From Candidatus Poseidoniaceae archaeon (lineage in GTDB: Archaea; Thermoplasmatota; Poseidoniia; Poseidoniales; Poseidoniaceae), in contig CASIBY010000005.1 in assembly GCA_949373095.1 (NCBI GenBank), positions 110,955 through 174,954 on the forward strand: a stretch of 64,000 bases of DNA. Direction: 5' to 3'. The position numbers were made by a program, and so were the translations under genes. Below the pieces are notes generated by a model. The model made no database searches and had not been told where the DNA came from. It saw nothing but the letters and a program-made list of their open reading frames with translations. This document shows positions 43,782 to 55,093 of this stretch, piece after piece. How positions within the stretch are numbered: position 1 is the stretch's first letter; the number at the start of each line of letters is the position of its first letter.

Positions 43782-44393
43782 TTACTTCTCATTTTCTCGC
43801 TCTTTATCATGAACAGACTTTCCACGAGCGGAGGGCTCTATCACAAGGCGTGCATCTGGGAAGTGGCGCTCGGTTCCACCGTCTCCAAACCAAGCTTCCA
43901 TGAACAGTGCTAAAGCAGCAACTTCAGAATGAGGTTGGTTACCTACTGCGACATTGTATTGTGAATGCTTGAAGACATCACCAGGTACCTTTGCACCACC
44001 CACGATAAGAACCACGGGCCGGTCCCGTCGAATTTGAGGAATCACTTCCCGGTAAGGCTGACCGTACATGGTGAGATGGATGGCCACACCAGGCTCCCCG
44101 TCCCCTGCGTCTTCCTCAACAAACCGTTTCAGCCATCCCATTGAGCCCTTGATATGTTCACAAGACATCTCTCCGCCAAAGCGTTCGTTGACCGAGCCCA
44201 CATTTTCAAAGAGGTCACTGTCTTCATCGCCAGCTAAGAGAAAACGTGTACCCCCAAGAGCTCTGGAGACGAGGGCGAGGTGCGTTGTGATTCGTGGGTC
44301 ACGGCCCTTACGGTACCCCAAACGAAGCACATTGAACGGCGTGTCGGCCATGTGCAGACGACTGGCCTCGCCCACATGAGCGTAGCGGCTCAT
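43782..44393 (-). CDS. trm56: tRNA (cytidine56-2'-O)-methyltransferase, SPOUT family (aTrm56).
   Basis: VLRLGYRKGRDPRITTHLALVSRALG matches the aTrm56 N-terminal signature LRLGHR..RD.R.TTHV.L.ARA.GA. Length is about 200 aa. Confidence 0.75.
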   Translation of the reverse strand: MSRYAHVGEASRLHMADTPFNVLRLGYRKGRDPRITTHLALVSRALGGTRFLLAGDEDSDLFENVGSVNERFGGEMSCEHIKGSMGWLKRFVEEDAGDGEPGVAIHLTMYGQPYREVIPQIRRDRPVVLIVGGAKVPGDVFKHSQYNVAVGNQPHSEVAALALFMEAWFGDGGTERHFPDARLVIEPSARGKSVHDKERENEK

Positions 44394-45088
44394 TCAACTT
44401 TATCGATGACTGCCTCGGATGATTGTGAAGAATCACCCATGCCTGTGAATTCGTAATCGTTTGAATCAATGAATCGGATCAACCAATTCAACAACATAGC
44501 ATTGACCAAGAGGTTAGAACCCATTGACATCCCACCCCAGAGGGCACCAAGACGGAGGGTTCTCCATAGCCCGTCTGCAGTTGAAAGGCCGTCGGTTACA
44601 AGGAAGGAGCCAATGAGAGGCTCGACGACGTAGAGGCCTGCGAGGATTAGCATTCCACCTGCAGCAGTTGAAGGAAATATTTTCCCCATATCTCTGCTGA
44701 ATTCTGTAAGTATTGCTGAAAGCAAGGAGAGAATCATCACGGCAAAGGCAACTTGACCGAAGTCGATTCCAAAGAATACAGAGATGCCTTCGCTCATATT
44801 ATCGTCTTGTGAATAAATCCCCAACCACCAAATAGCGACCATGAGGGTGATGAGCATCCCACCAGAGCGTGATGTACTGGCAGCTTTATCGAAAACCTCT
44901 TGCAGATTCCGAGGCTTGAGACGGCGGATGATGCGTTCTGCAAATTCGTAATCACTTACAGAGGCACCACTGACCGAATCCGAACCTGTAGCCACAGGAA
45001 TCGTGCTCAACGTTGATGGTTCGGCCTCGGACATACGAGTACCTTCTTTGTCACATCTTATGAAACCTGTCGCTTTGGAGGTGTTCAT
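44390..45088 (-). CDS. Hypothetical 4-TM membrane protein.
   Basis: Four hydrophobic helices and a 4-nt overlap with trm56. An alternative start at M19 (nt 45034) would avoid head-to-head overlap with folP. Confidence 0.55.
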   Translation of the reverse strand: MNTSKATGFIRCDKEGTRMSEAEPSTLSTIPVATGSDSVSGASVSDYEFAERIIRRLKPRNLQEVFDKAASTSRSGGMLITLMVAIWWLGIYSQDDNMSEGISVFFGIDFGQVAFAVMILSLLSAILTEFSRDMGKIFPSTAAGGMLILAGLYVVEPLIGSFLVTDGLSTADGLWRTLRLGALWGGMSMGSNLLVNAMLLNWLIRFIDSNDYEFTGMGDSSQSSEAVIDKVE

Positions 45089-45950
45089 GGTGACCGACTC
45101 GGGAGTGTCTCAATCGCGCCGAAAGCGGATTGTTGACGGCCTCAAACAAAACGATGGATTTCCCCACATTATGGGAATCATCAATGTGACGTCCGATTCG
45201 TTCTACGAAGGAAGTCGCTCTCTATCTTCGGAAGAGGCCATAGAACGAGCCCTTGCGATGTGGGCATCAGGAGCAACGTGGGTCGATATTGGGGGTGAAT
45301 CAACGCGTCCTGGAGCAGCTCGGGTTGATGAAGAAAGTGAAATCCAGCGAGTTGTCCCGGTCATCAAAGCCTTGAGAAAAGCCAATCCTGATGGATTGAT
45401 TTCTATTGACACTCGCCATGCATCAGTTGCACGAGAAGGCCTCAAGGCTGGCGCAGACATGGTTAACGATGTATCAGGACTTCGCGACAAAGCGATGATT
45501 GAAACTGTACTTGAGTGGGGGGCTGCAATTTGTATCATGCACATGCAGGGTGAACCTGGGACGATGCAAACAAAGCCCCAATATGTGAACTGCGTAGAAG
45601 AAGTCAGTACCTACTTGGCCAACAAACGCAGCCAACTCATCAAAAAAGGCCACCCGGAAGAACTCATTTGTATTGACCCTGGAATCGGATTTGGAAAAGA
45701 ACACGATCACAATTTATCCTTATTGCAAGCAGGGAAAAGCATCGGGGAAGATGCTTCAGTGAGTATTCTTTGGGGAGTCTCACGGAAGCGGATCGTTGGC
45801 CACCTCACCGGACATGAACATGCAGATGACCGTTTAGCAGGGACATTGGGCCTTGCTGCTGTCGCAGTTACAAGTGGAATCAATCTGCTCAGAGTACATG
45901 ACGTACAGGAGCATGTCGACCTCTTTCTAACAATGAAGCCGTTTAATTGA
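45087..45950 (+). CDS. folP: Dihydropteroate synthase.
   Basis: MGIINVTSDSFYEGS, VDIGGESTRPGA, ISIDT, VNDVSG and the pterin-binding C-terminus GVSRKR. The start is uncertain (45060 or 45087). Confidence 0.9.
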   Translation: MVTDSGVSQSRRKRIVDGLKQNDGFPHIMGIINVTSDSFYEGSRSLSSEEAIERALAMWASGATWVDIGGESTRPGAARVDEESEIQRVVPVIKALRKANPDGLISIDTRHASVAREGLKAGADMVNDVSGLRDKAMIETVLEWGAAICIMHMQGEPGTMQTKPQYVNCVEEVSTYLANKRSQLIKKGHPEELICIDPGIGFGKEHDHNLSLLQAGKSIGEDASVSILWGVSRKRIVGHLTGHEHADDRLAGTLGLAAVAVTSGINLLRVHDVQEHVDLFLTMKPFN

Positions 45951-45953
45951 AGA

Positions 45954-47113
45954 TTAAACTCCACCCAACAAGAGGATGGGTGCGACCCACGCTCCAGCCA
46001 TTGAGCCTAGGTTGGTCAAGGCAGTGACCAAGAGAACTTTACCCGCTGGATTGGACCAAAATGATGAAAAATCATCCAACTTCAAAAATTTCTGTAAATC
46101 ATCCGCCGTTGGTTCAGCAACTTTGAGTTGTACATAGCCAGCAAACCAACCGGCAGCTAACGCAGGATTCAATGAAGTGATTGGAGACGCTGCTGCTGCT
46201 GTTAGAACCGCCAAAGGATGCCCTCGGGCAATGATGCATCCAATGGCCGCAAAGACAGCATTTGCAATCGTCCATACGGTGAAGAATTCAATCCAATCTA
46301 CGCCTTCACCGTTCGAAACGAAGACAGCGATGGCTGAGATGAGAATCAGTGGCATGGCCCAAGGGAGCATTCGTGCTACACGAGAGCGTTTAGGTAGTGT
46401 GGATAATTCTTCAAGTTCATGAGAAGGTGAGGGCTCAACCATCTTTTTCGCGACACCTTTCAAGTGACCAGCACCAAGGACGGCGAGAACTTTCTTGTTC
46501 GGGTCAAGTTCTGCTAATTTCCCAGAAATATAGGTATCTCGTTCGTCGATGAGGACGGCTCCTGCACCGGGAGAGAATTCTTTGAGTTCTTCCATCATTG
46601 AGGAGAGCATATCGGAGTCACGAAGTAACTCGCTCACATCGACTTCTTCTTCATCATCATCATCATCATCCCTAGGAGTGATGTTAGAAGACGCCACTTT
46701 TCTCGGAACTTCATTTTACGCCAAGCACGACGCAATGTGACTTGGATGTCACGATCAACAAGGGCGATCTCACAGCCCGCCTCTTTTCCGATGTTGACCG
46801 CTGCGAGCAATTCTGCACCGGGCTGTTGACCTTCATCAAGACCAAGTTTTCTCTGTTCGGCAGAAAGCATGGATTGCAACAGGACCATGGGTGCTTTTCC
46901 TTCTTTCACTACCTTGAGTAAACCTTCTTTGTCCAAACGACGATCACTGATGAGGGTCTCATAACGACCCTGACACAGTTCCACTGCAACAATATCCGGC
47001 TGATAGGTAGCGATTTGCTCCATGACTGCTTCAACCGATGCGGTCGCAATGTGTGCCGTACCTAGCAGACGAAGCCGGTCGTTAACATCAATGAGCGGAG
47101 TTTCGTCACTCAC
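45954..47113 (-). CDS. TraB/PrgY-family protein split by one frameshift into ORFs 46634..47113 and 45954..46697.
   Basis: The N-terminal half has LLGTAHIATASVEAV..PDIVAVELCQGR and ALVDRDIQVTLRRAW. The C-terminal half has LIDERDTYISGKL...LAVLGAGHLKGV plus TM helices. The frame change must lie within 46637-46715, probably at the CCC/GGG run at 46670-46672, just 5' of the poly-Asp codons. Confidence 0.8.
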
Positions 47114-47170
47114 GCATTCACCTCAGTTCCATGGTTTCCAAAGATTAGCCCAGCGGGCAACAGTATACCT

Positions 47171-47746
47171 TCAGAAAGTGATTTCGACGTTCTCTCGGAC
47201 GTGGGCAGCAACAGTCCAAAGTTCTCGTCGCTCGCATCCCTTGAATCCAGCGACAATGCTTGCAGGAATCATCTGAATAGCCTTGTTGAAGTTGGTTGAA
47301 GCAGCGTTGTAGAATTCACGGCGGTCTGCGATTTGGTTCTCCAATGAGACCAATTTGTTTTGGAGGTCCATGAAATTAGCATTTGCCTTCAAATCGGGGT
47401 ATTGTTCTGCAACCATGCTAATACGAGGCATCATTCCAGAGAGCAAACCTTCTGCTGCAGCGACGCCTTTTACGTCACCACGGCTCAATGCACCAGCAGC
47501 CGCTTGGCGTGCCTTTGCAAATTCTTGGAAGATACCTGCTTCGTGCTCTGCATAGCGTCCAACAATTTTGACAAGGTTCGGAATCATATCGTACCGCTGA
47601 TTGAGCAATACGTCAATATCAGACCATGATTTGTTAGCGTTTTCTTCAAGACGAATGAAACGATTCCAGGTTGTGAAAAACCAAACGATAAGAATCAAAA
47701 TCACAATTGCTGCAATGGCTGCAGCGACATACATCATGTTAACCAT
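47171..47746 (-). CDS. lemA: LemA family membrane protein.
   Basis: N-terminal TM, then WNRFIRLEENANKSWSDIDVLLNQRYDMIPNLV and REFYNAASTNFN, which are typical LemA motifs. Confidence 0.85.
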   Translation of the reverse strand: MVNMMYVAAAIAAIVILILIVWFFTTWNRFIRLEENANKSWSDIDVLLNQRYDMIPNLVKIVGRYAEHEAGIFQEFAKARQAAAGALSRGDVKGVAAAEGLLSGMMPRISMVAEQYPDLKANANFMDLQNKLVSLENQIADRREFYNAASTNFNKAIQMIPASIVAGFKGCERRELWTVAAHVRENVEITF

Positions 47747-47884
47747 GCTATGCGCTTAAACAAATCGTACTTGAAACCTTCTCTCAAATACTAATTTCAA
47801 GGAGCAAGATGATGAACACCAACATATTCGCCTCACCAAGGACCCCTGATTCAACCCGATTAGAATCAGAGTGAACCTCTTGAG

Positions 47885-48709
47885 ATGGACAAAATGTTTG
47901 ATACAGCGCTCATCTTTTTTGGGGTATTCTGTATCGCCTTTGCATTCGCCCCGGTTGGGCTAGGAGGAGGCTTGCTTTTCGTCCCGCTTTTGCATTATGG
48001 TGCAGACCTACCAATTGATGGAACCCTTCTTGCCGTATCCCTATCCCTCACGGCTGTCGTGAGTTATGGGAGTGGCCTTGCCCACCGCAAGAAAGGACAT
48101 CACGATGACGAAGCGATCAAATCTGCACTCGTGGGGGCGATTCCAGGAGCATTGCTAGGCGTAGGTATCGTCGTAGTTCTTGGAGACAATCTCGACACCG
48201 TATTCAAGACAGTCAGCATTGCGATATTGGCTTGGGCTCTTGTGAAGACGAGGAGAAAAATCAACTCCTCTAACTCCACTGACGCTGATGAGAATGGCGA
48301 ACCGAGAGAGATACAACACAAAAAGCTCAGACTTGGAGCCGCAACGGGAGGCACGCTCTCCTCTGTCCTTGCTATTGGAGCAGGCGTAATCTATGTCCCT
48401 GTTTTACAGCAATATACTGGATTGAGCACGAGAAAGTCAATCGGTTCCAGCCTTCACTTGATGATGGTCGTCGTGCCCATCGCAGTAATTACGCACTTGG
48501 CGTTTATCTCTTCGTCAGAACGAGATGCCCTCGTTGAACAAATTGGAGTACTCTTCGCCCTACCGTTTTTGACATTCATAGGAGCAAGGCTCGGAGCCCA
48601 ATTTGGAATGAACTATATCTCATCTCAAAACATCATGAAAATTTTCATGACCCTCACGGCAGTTGTGTTGGTCCGTTATCTTTGGGACCTTGGCGGACTC
48701 ATTGTTTAA
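47885..48709 (+). CDS. TauE/SafE-family anion exporter-like membrane protein.
   Basis: Seven to eight TM helices, with GGGLLFVPLL and a second-half repeat GAGVIYVPVL. Confidence 0.7.
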   Translation: MDKMFDTALIFFGVFCIAFAFAPVGLGGGLLFVPLLHYGADLPIDGTLLAVSLSLTAVVSYGSGLAHRKKGHHDDEAIKSALVGAIPGALLGVGIVVVLGDNLDTVFKTVSIAILAWALVKTRRKINSSNSTDADENGEPREIQHKKLRLGAATGGTLSSVLAIGAGVIYVPVLQQYTGLSTRKSIGSSLHLMMVVVPIAVITHLAFISSSERDALVEQIGVLFALPFLTFIGARLGAQFGMNYISSQNIMKIFMTLTAVVLVRYLWDLGGLIV

Positions 48710-49925
48710 TCGATTCAATGACCATTGCAATGCCTTGGCCGCCACCGATGCAAGCTGTTGCAACGCCATAGCGTCCACCACTACGTTGCAATTCGTATGC
48801 GAGCGTGAGAACCAAACGAGTACCAGTTGCTGCAAGTGGGTGACCGATACCTACTGCTCCGCCGTTAACATTGACCTTCTCAACATCAAGTTCCAAATCC
48901 TTGATGCATGCTACGGCTTGGCCTGCAAAGGCTTCATTGATTTCCCAACGGTCGATATCGCCCACGGTAAGGCCCGCCTTTTCTAGGGCTTTCCGGGATG
49001 AAGGGACAGGACCGTATGACATGATAGATGGCTCTAGACCAACGATTCCCCAAGAGACAATTCGTGCAAGTGGTTGGTCACCATCTTCTTTTGCCTTTGA
49101 AGCAGATTTGATGACGACGGCAGCAGCACCGTCTACAACGCCTGAAGCATTACCTGCGGTAACAAAAGATTCGGGACCAAATGCAGTAGGAAGACGGGCA
49201 AGACTTTCCTCAGTAGTACCACGCACAACGTGGTCTTCATCCTTGTGAGTGATTACAGTGTCACCACGTCGCGATGAGATCGTAACCGGAACGATTTCTT
49301 GCTCAAATACGTCGTTATCAATTGACGAGGCAACACGAGAATGTGAAAGAGCAGCAAAAGCATCAATTTCTTCTCGTGTCACGCTTTTACGCTTGCAAAG
49401 TTCATCAGCAGTTTGAGCCATAAAGAGACCACAGGTCATATCTTGAAGGTTAGTCATCATGTAATCCTCAACCTTGGGCGAACGGCCCAATCTCCATCCT
49501 TCTCGGCCTCCACGCATGATGTGGGGTGCTTGAGAGAGGTTCTCCATGCCGCCAGAGACAACGGTTTTTGCCTCGTCAAGCATGATCATTTGTGCTCCAC
49601 TCACGATTGATTGAATTCCAGAACCGCAAATTCTGGAAAGGGTGAGCATAGGAACTTCTTGAGGGATACCACCTTGCAAACCTGCATGGCGTGCTCCATA
49701 AATGGATTGAGAGCAAGTTTGGAGCGCATAGCCCATAACAACATGGTCGACTGATTCAGGAGCAGTTCCGGTTTTTTCTAGAGCTGCTTGAATTGCAATT
49801 CCACCCAAATTTTGAGCACTAAGTGTCTTCAGAGCACCGCCGACTTTACCGTCACCACGCTTTCCGCCAACCCATTCACAAAACGGTGTTCGGGCACCGC
49901 CAATAATCACAACATCTTCGCTCAT
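48699..49925 (-). CDS. Acetyl-CoA C-acetyltransferase (thiolase II).
   Basis: VVIIGGARTPF, active-site Cys in SRICGSGIQS, NVNGGAVGIGHPLAATGTR and ACIGGGQGIAMVIE. Confidence 0.95.
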   Translation of the reverse strand: MSEDVVIIGGARTPFCEWVGGKRGDGKVGGALKTLSAQNLGGIAIQAALEKTGTAPESVDHVVMGYALQTCSQSIYGARHAGLQGGIPQEVPMLTLSRICGSGIQSIVSGAQMIMLDEAKTVVSGGMENLSQAPHIMRGGREGWRLGRSPKVEDYMMTNLQDMTCGLFMAQTADELCKRKSVTREEIDAFAALSHSRVASSIDNDVFEQEIVPVTISSRRGDTVITHKDEDHVVRGTTEESLARLPTAFGPESFVTAGNASGVVDGAAAVVIKSASKAKEDGDQPLARIVSWGIVGLEPSIMSYGPVPSSRKALEKAGLTVGDIDRWEINEAFAGQAVACIKDLELDVEKVNVNGGAVGIGHPLAATGTRLVLTLAYELQRSGGRYGVATACIGGGQGIAMVIESIKQ

Positions 49926-49972
49926 GAATCATCCCAAAAGGGGGAGGGTCATGAATATCACTGTGTAGTAAT

Positions 49973-50422
49973 TCATCCAAAGAGAGAACTCTTGTCCAAA
50001 CCGTTGTTGCTTACCATCAGGGGAATCGCTGCGATAAGCCCGCACATGCCTCCACAAAGAGCCACAAAGATCATTCCAATTCCTGCAACAATATCTGAAT
50101 TATCCATGATGAGGTCGTACTCCTCTTGAGCAAGGTCACCGTCCTCAAGCATTTGGTCATAGACCTCATCTATCGTTGTGAGTTCAAGTCCGCTCAAGGC
50201 CGAGGCTACAAGAATAGAAGCGAAGAGGAGATGAACGCCACGTCGTTGGTAATTCACAAGCATAATACCACCTGCGATGGTTGCTATTCCAACTGCTAAA
50301 CCTCCACCGTAAACTGCGAGCAAAATCGGTTGTGAGGTTTCATACCCGAGAACATCCAAGAGATTGAGTCCGGATGAACCAAGACCGATAAGACCCCACA
50401 ACACGCACAAAATTCCAATCAC
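49973..50422 (-). CDS. Hypothetical 4-TM membrane protein (GTG start).
   Basis: Hydrophobic helices run throughout. The start lies 1 nt after the stop of the small upstream ORF 50424..50621. Confidence 0.5.
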   Translation of the reverse strand: MIGILCVLWGLIGLGSSGLNLLDVLGYETSQPILLAVYGGGLAVGIATIAGGIMLVNYQRRGVHLLFASILVASALSGLELTTIDEVYDQMLEDGDLAQEEYDLIMDNSDIVAGIGMIFVALCGGMCGLIAAIPLMVSNNGLDKSSLFG

Positions 50423-50722
50423 TTTAGGTGCACTGGACGGGGGGCCAAGGAAATATCATCTGCCCTGGGGGCATTTCCGCCATCCCCGAGAGCATAGCAC
50501 CGTTTTGCATGGTCGAAAACCCAGCAGAGATTGGCACCGATTCCGGTGTAGTATCCATCATAGAGGACTGCTTCACTTCGTCTTCTGGCGTTATATTATC
50601 CCAAGGTGAGTCAGACTGCATGCAAGGCGGGTTAGAGTGGACCCTTATGGTTCTTTTTTTACACGCACAAAGGGTTGTGTTCTTGAAGCATGAACTCCTG
50701 CAAACATCAAGGGGGGGCTGAA

Positions 50723-51607
50723 ATGAACATACTCGTGGTCTACAAGAAAAATTTCGAATCCGTCCACGACTCCGGCTTAATGCAAGTCAAGGAAGCTCTT
50801 TCACGAACAAGTTCTGAGAGTGACCGAGTTGACTTCAAACCCAGAGAACACGTACGAAGAGCCGATTTTATTGCCCGTGACCTTGTGATTGTATTTGGTG
50901 GAGATGGAACCCTTACCTCCCTCTCACACAACATTGACGCTTCAACTCCTGTTATGGGTGTCAATTCTCACCCAAGAAGTGAGGATCCAACGGGAAGTTT
51001 TGGATTCTACATGGATTCATCCATAGCCACATTTGAGGATGACGTGAAAACCGTCATGTCTGGAAAAGCGATTGTCAATGAACTTCCAAGGTTGCAGGCC
51101 ATTATTGATTCAACATCAGGGAACCGATTTACGACAGACCCTGCAATGAATGACCTGTTAATTGCCAACACACACCAGTATGCACCCAGCAAGTATCACT
51201 TACGTCGTGGAGAGCAACAGTGTATTCAGCAGAGCAGCGGACTGTTATTTTCGACATGGTTTGGCCAAGGAGCCTGGCTTCGCAATGCAATGAGTGATGA
51301 TGAATTCAATACACTGCGTTCAACAGTCAAGGAAGGTGATGTCGATTCCCATTATTTCGTACTCGCACGAGACATTCCCCCTTCAGAACGAAAGCAGCAG
51401 TCATGGTCATGGGCTGATTGGACCGGTGCATCAACAACGATTACTTCAGATATGCACAGAGGATACGTGGTCCCTGACGGATGGGATGAAGTTCATTTCA
51501 ACAGAGGTGCCACGATAACAGTGAACACAGAGGCTCCACCTTTGCGATTACTCACATTTCGCTCAACGTTAATGGAAAAACTACGTCAACTCGAGGCTAG
51601 TGAATAG
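50723..51607 (+). CDS. NAD kinase (ATP-NAD kinase family).
   Basis: GGDGT motif (VIVFGGDGTLTS) and the NDLLI (LNDxxI-like) motif. The start is set at the ATG at 50723 (MNILVVYKK). Confidence 0.7.
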   Translation: MNILVVYKKNFESVHDSGLMQVKEALSRTSSESDRVDFKPREHVRRADFIARDLVIVFGGDGTLTSLSHNIDASTPVMGVNSHPRSEDPTGSFGFYMDSSIATFEDDVKTVMSGKAIVNELPRLQAIIDSTSGNRFTTDPAMNDLLIANTHQYAPSKYHLRRGEQQCIQQSSGLLFSTWFGQGAWLRNAMSDDEFNTLRSTVKEGDVDSHYFVLARDIPPSERKQQSWSWADWTGASTTITSDMHRGYVVPDGWDEVHFNRGATITVNTEAPPLRLLTFRSTLMEKLRQLEASE

Positions 51608-51675
51608 GACTGCTGAGGACATGTTTTCCGTAGCGCACCAGTAATTCGGTGTAAAAAGTAAACTTGGCGATCGAT

Positions 51676-51719
51676 AAAAAAAGGGTAGGAGACTGGGATT
51701 CTTGCGAATCCCAGCCTCC
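51676..51719 (-). terminator. 14-bp stem with a GCAA tetraloop followed by U7, 9 nt after the 16S 3' end.
   Basis: The minus strand reads GGAGGCUGGGAUUC-GCAA-GAAUCCCAGUCUCC, then UACCC and UUUUUUU (plus-strand A7 at 51676-51682). The palindrome may also terminate the convergent NAD kinase transcript. Confidence 0.5.
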
Positions 51720-51727
51720 GGTTTCTT

Positions 51728-53190
<1,463 letters not shown>

Positions 53191-53493
53191 TTCTCTTGTT
53201 ATGATCCTTTGGTTACTTGTCGCTATTCGCAATGAATTTGCTGACCTAAATGAAATTGGCGAGAAAATAATGCACTTGAGCTTCTTGCACAAAATACGTC
53301 ATAATCTCGATCACCTACCTGACCCCGAAATCCGTGAGGATCTGCTCGGAATCGCAATCGCTTCGGCATTGCATCAGGGAGGATGGCGACGGTCATTGTC
53401 CGAAGACTCTGCCGCCAACGCCGTTCCCTATTGACGCAAGCAAGGTGTGCCACTGACCTCCCCTATATCAAGATACCCGTGAACAAATCCACT

Positions 53494-53530
53494 AAAAAAC
53501 GCAGACTGCGGCGCAGAAAGAACGAAAAAA
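53494..53530 (-). terminator. Two T6 tracts flanking a short GC hairpin downstream of the 504-aa gene.
   Basis: The minus strand reads CCTCTTTTTTCGTTCTTTCTGCGCCGCAGTCTGCGTTTTTTAG, beginning 15 nt after the stop at 53545. Confidence 0.3.
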
Positions 53531-53544
53531 GAGGCATTCAACCG

Positions 53545-55059
53545 TCAAGCATCATTCCAGAACGCATTTGAGTATCCGCCCTGTTCGTCGCCGTCTTGAC
53601 TGTCCACAGTCGCATCCGCCTCATTATCATCTTCAGGAGGAGATTCTTCACCAGTATTATCAACCATTTCTTCATCGAGAATTCCGATGAGGTAGTTCAA
53701 TAATCTCTGCGCATCTTCCTTAGATGTAAAATCTTTAATTCCACTTGATTCTAAAGCCTCTCCTAAAGTCAAACTATCGGATCGTGATGTGTGATTGTCA
53801 TACCAATTGATGAGATGACGTGCGTCGTTTTCGCTGTCCCATTCAGCCACGGGGAAATCGCTCAATTGTACCTCTTCAGGGGAAGTTTTCACCGAGACCT
53901 TTTGCCTGAGTTTTTTCTCAATCTTCGGCATTTTAACACCCAGGGAATCACAAAATTTCTTCAGTGAAATATCGTAAATGTTAAAGTTTTCACCGTGTTC
54001 TAAAAAGAGGAGCTCAACGGTTCTTCCCCCAGCCGTAATGGCCACCTCAATCCCCTTGTGATACGTTGTCCAAGTATGGACAGGACCATCCTCACCACCA
54101 CCACTGCTATGCTCGACTGATTTTTGATACTGTTTCATTTGAAGTGTTGAGAAATCAACCTCTTTCCATGTCCAACCACTGAGGCGAGTTCCACCAAATG
54201 TTTTGCGAATAGACATGGTTTTATTGGAAGCATTCAACTTGATCACTAGACCTCTTGAATCACCTGCAGCGACAAATAAGCCGCCAAAAACGAGTCCAAA
54301 AAGTACAGGAAATAGGAATTCAAGGAAAAACGGTTCGTAAGGGAGGTACAAGGAGTTGTATTCGAGAGATTTTGTTGTATATATTTCGTATCCGATATCC
54401 CCTAAGTTTTCGTCGGTTACTTGATACAAACGTTCCCCGTCAAACAATGGGCCTTCTGCAGATAGATAGGAGATGTTGTCCGTTGAAGCATCACCACCAT
54501 GACACCAATCGGGCATTGACGACCAATACCCTCGGACAAGAAGGTCGTCACCTGTCCAATTTTGGGGCAAGGATGAATTCCTCTTGTAAAGTTCACATTG
54601 GTAATAGCCTTCACCATCATACTCTTGGAATAAACCGATGGTAAGCAATCCGTCCACTTCCACCCAACGGAATTCTTGTTGTTCAGAAGATCCCTCCTCC
54701 CAAGAGAGTATGTATCTGAAATGCTCATCGGCAATTTCTACAGTACCTATGGAAGTGAGAGCATCCCATTGGTTACCCTCACAGTATATGTCACCGCCAC
54801 CCAATTCAAATTCCATGGAATAGCGGGTGTCACAGACAGAGTCATCCGTCAGATGACTGTACGCATCATACGCTGCGTAAATGAAAGAAGCAGCGATGAC
54901 CCCAATACCAACCAGAAGGAAGGGTATTGAGAACAGAATCGACCCTATGGAGCTGTTTTCATCTCGAACTTTAAGGAATTCACCCTCTTTTTCCATTCCA
55001 AGATGGTCAGGGTCTTTAATCCAAAGAAGGGTCCCCCGAGGGGCACGGAAACGAACCAT
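53545..55059 (-). CDS. Hypothetical membrane protein (504 aa) with an acidic C-terminal tail.
   Basis: Two hydrophobic regions (ILFSIPFLLVGIGVIAASFIYAAY and FLFPVLFGLVFGGLFVAAG). The C-terminus is rich in D/E. No family was recognised. It sits between secY and the 16S gene. Confidence 0.6.
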   Translation of the reverse strand: MVRFRAPRGTLLWIKDPDHLGMEKEGEFLKVRDENSSIGSILFSIPFLLVGIGVIAASFIYAAYDAYSHLTDDSVCDTRYSMEFELGGGDIYCEGNQWDALTSIGTVEIADEHFRYILSWEEGSSEQQEFRWVEVDGLLTIGLFQEYDGEGYYQCELYKRNSSLPQNWTGDDLLVRGYWSSMPDWCHGGDASTDNISYLSAEGPLFDGERLYQVTDENLGDIGYEIYTTKSLEYNSLYLPYEPFFLEFLFPVLFGLVFGGLFVAAGDSRGLVIKLNASNKTMSIRKTFGGTRLSGWTWKEVDFSTLQMKQYQKSVEHSSGGGEDGPVHTWTTYHKGIEVAITAGGRTVELLFLEHGENFNIYDISLKKFCDSLGVKMPKIEKKLRQKVSVKTSPEEVQLSDFPVAEWDSENDARHLINWYDNHTSRSDSLTLGEALESSGIKDFTSKEDAQRLLNYLIGILDEEMVDNTGEESPPEDDNEADATVDSQDGDEQGGYSNAFWNDA

Positions 55060-55093
55060 GGTTCATTTATTTTAGATATCCCTTATGAGGGTA

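Noticed and set aside
46652-46670. The (GAT)6 trinucleotide repeat in the TraB gene, as a possible slippage-prone cause of the frameshift.
   Set aside because: Unit slippage changes length in multiples of 3 and cannot shift the frame. The adjacent GGG run is the better candidate.
47809-47874. A 21-codon upstream ORF (MMNTNIFASPRTPDSTRLESE) with an AAGGAG Shine-Dalgarno sequence and an embedded 7-bp inverted repeat (47846-47869), just before the TauE-family gene.
   Set aside because: It is too short to evaluate without conservation data. It could be a leader peptide, but chance occurrence is equally likely.
50424-50621. A 65-aa ORF ending 1 nt before the GTG start of the 4-TM protein 49973..50422, possibly another frameshifted gene.
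   Set aside because: No homology signal links the two parts. The stop and restart configuration is also compatible with two coupled genes, so it was not called.
53191-53544. A search of the 16S upstream region for a tRNA, a 5S rRNA, a clear TATA/BRE promoter or a leader-trailer processing helix. The region includes ORF 53201..53434.
   Set aside because: No cloverleaf or 5S-like sequence was found. There are only weak TATA-like strings (e.g. TTGATATAGG at ~53461-53472 on the minus strand). I found no convincing complementarity to the 3' trailer. The ORF has no coding features.
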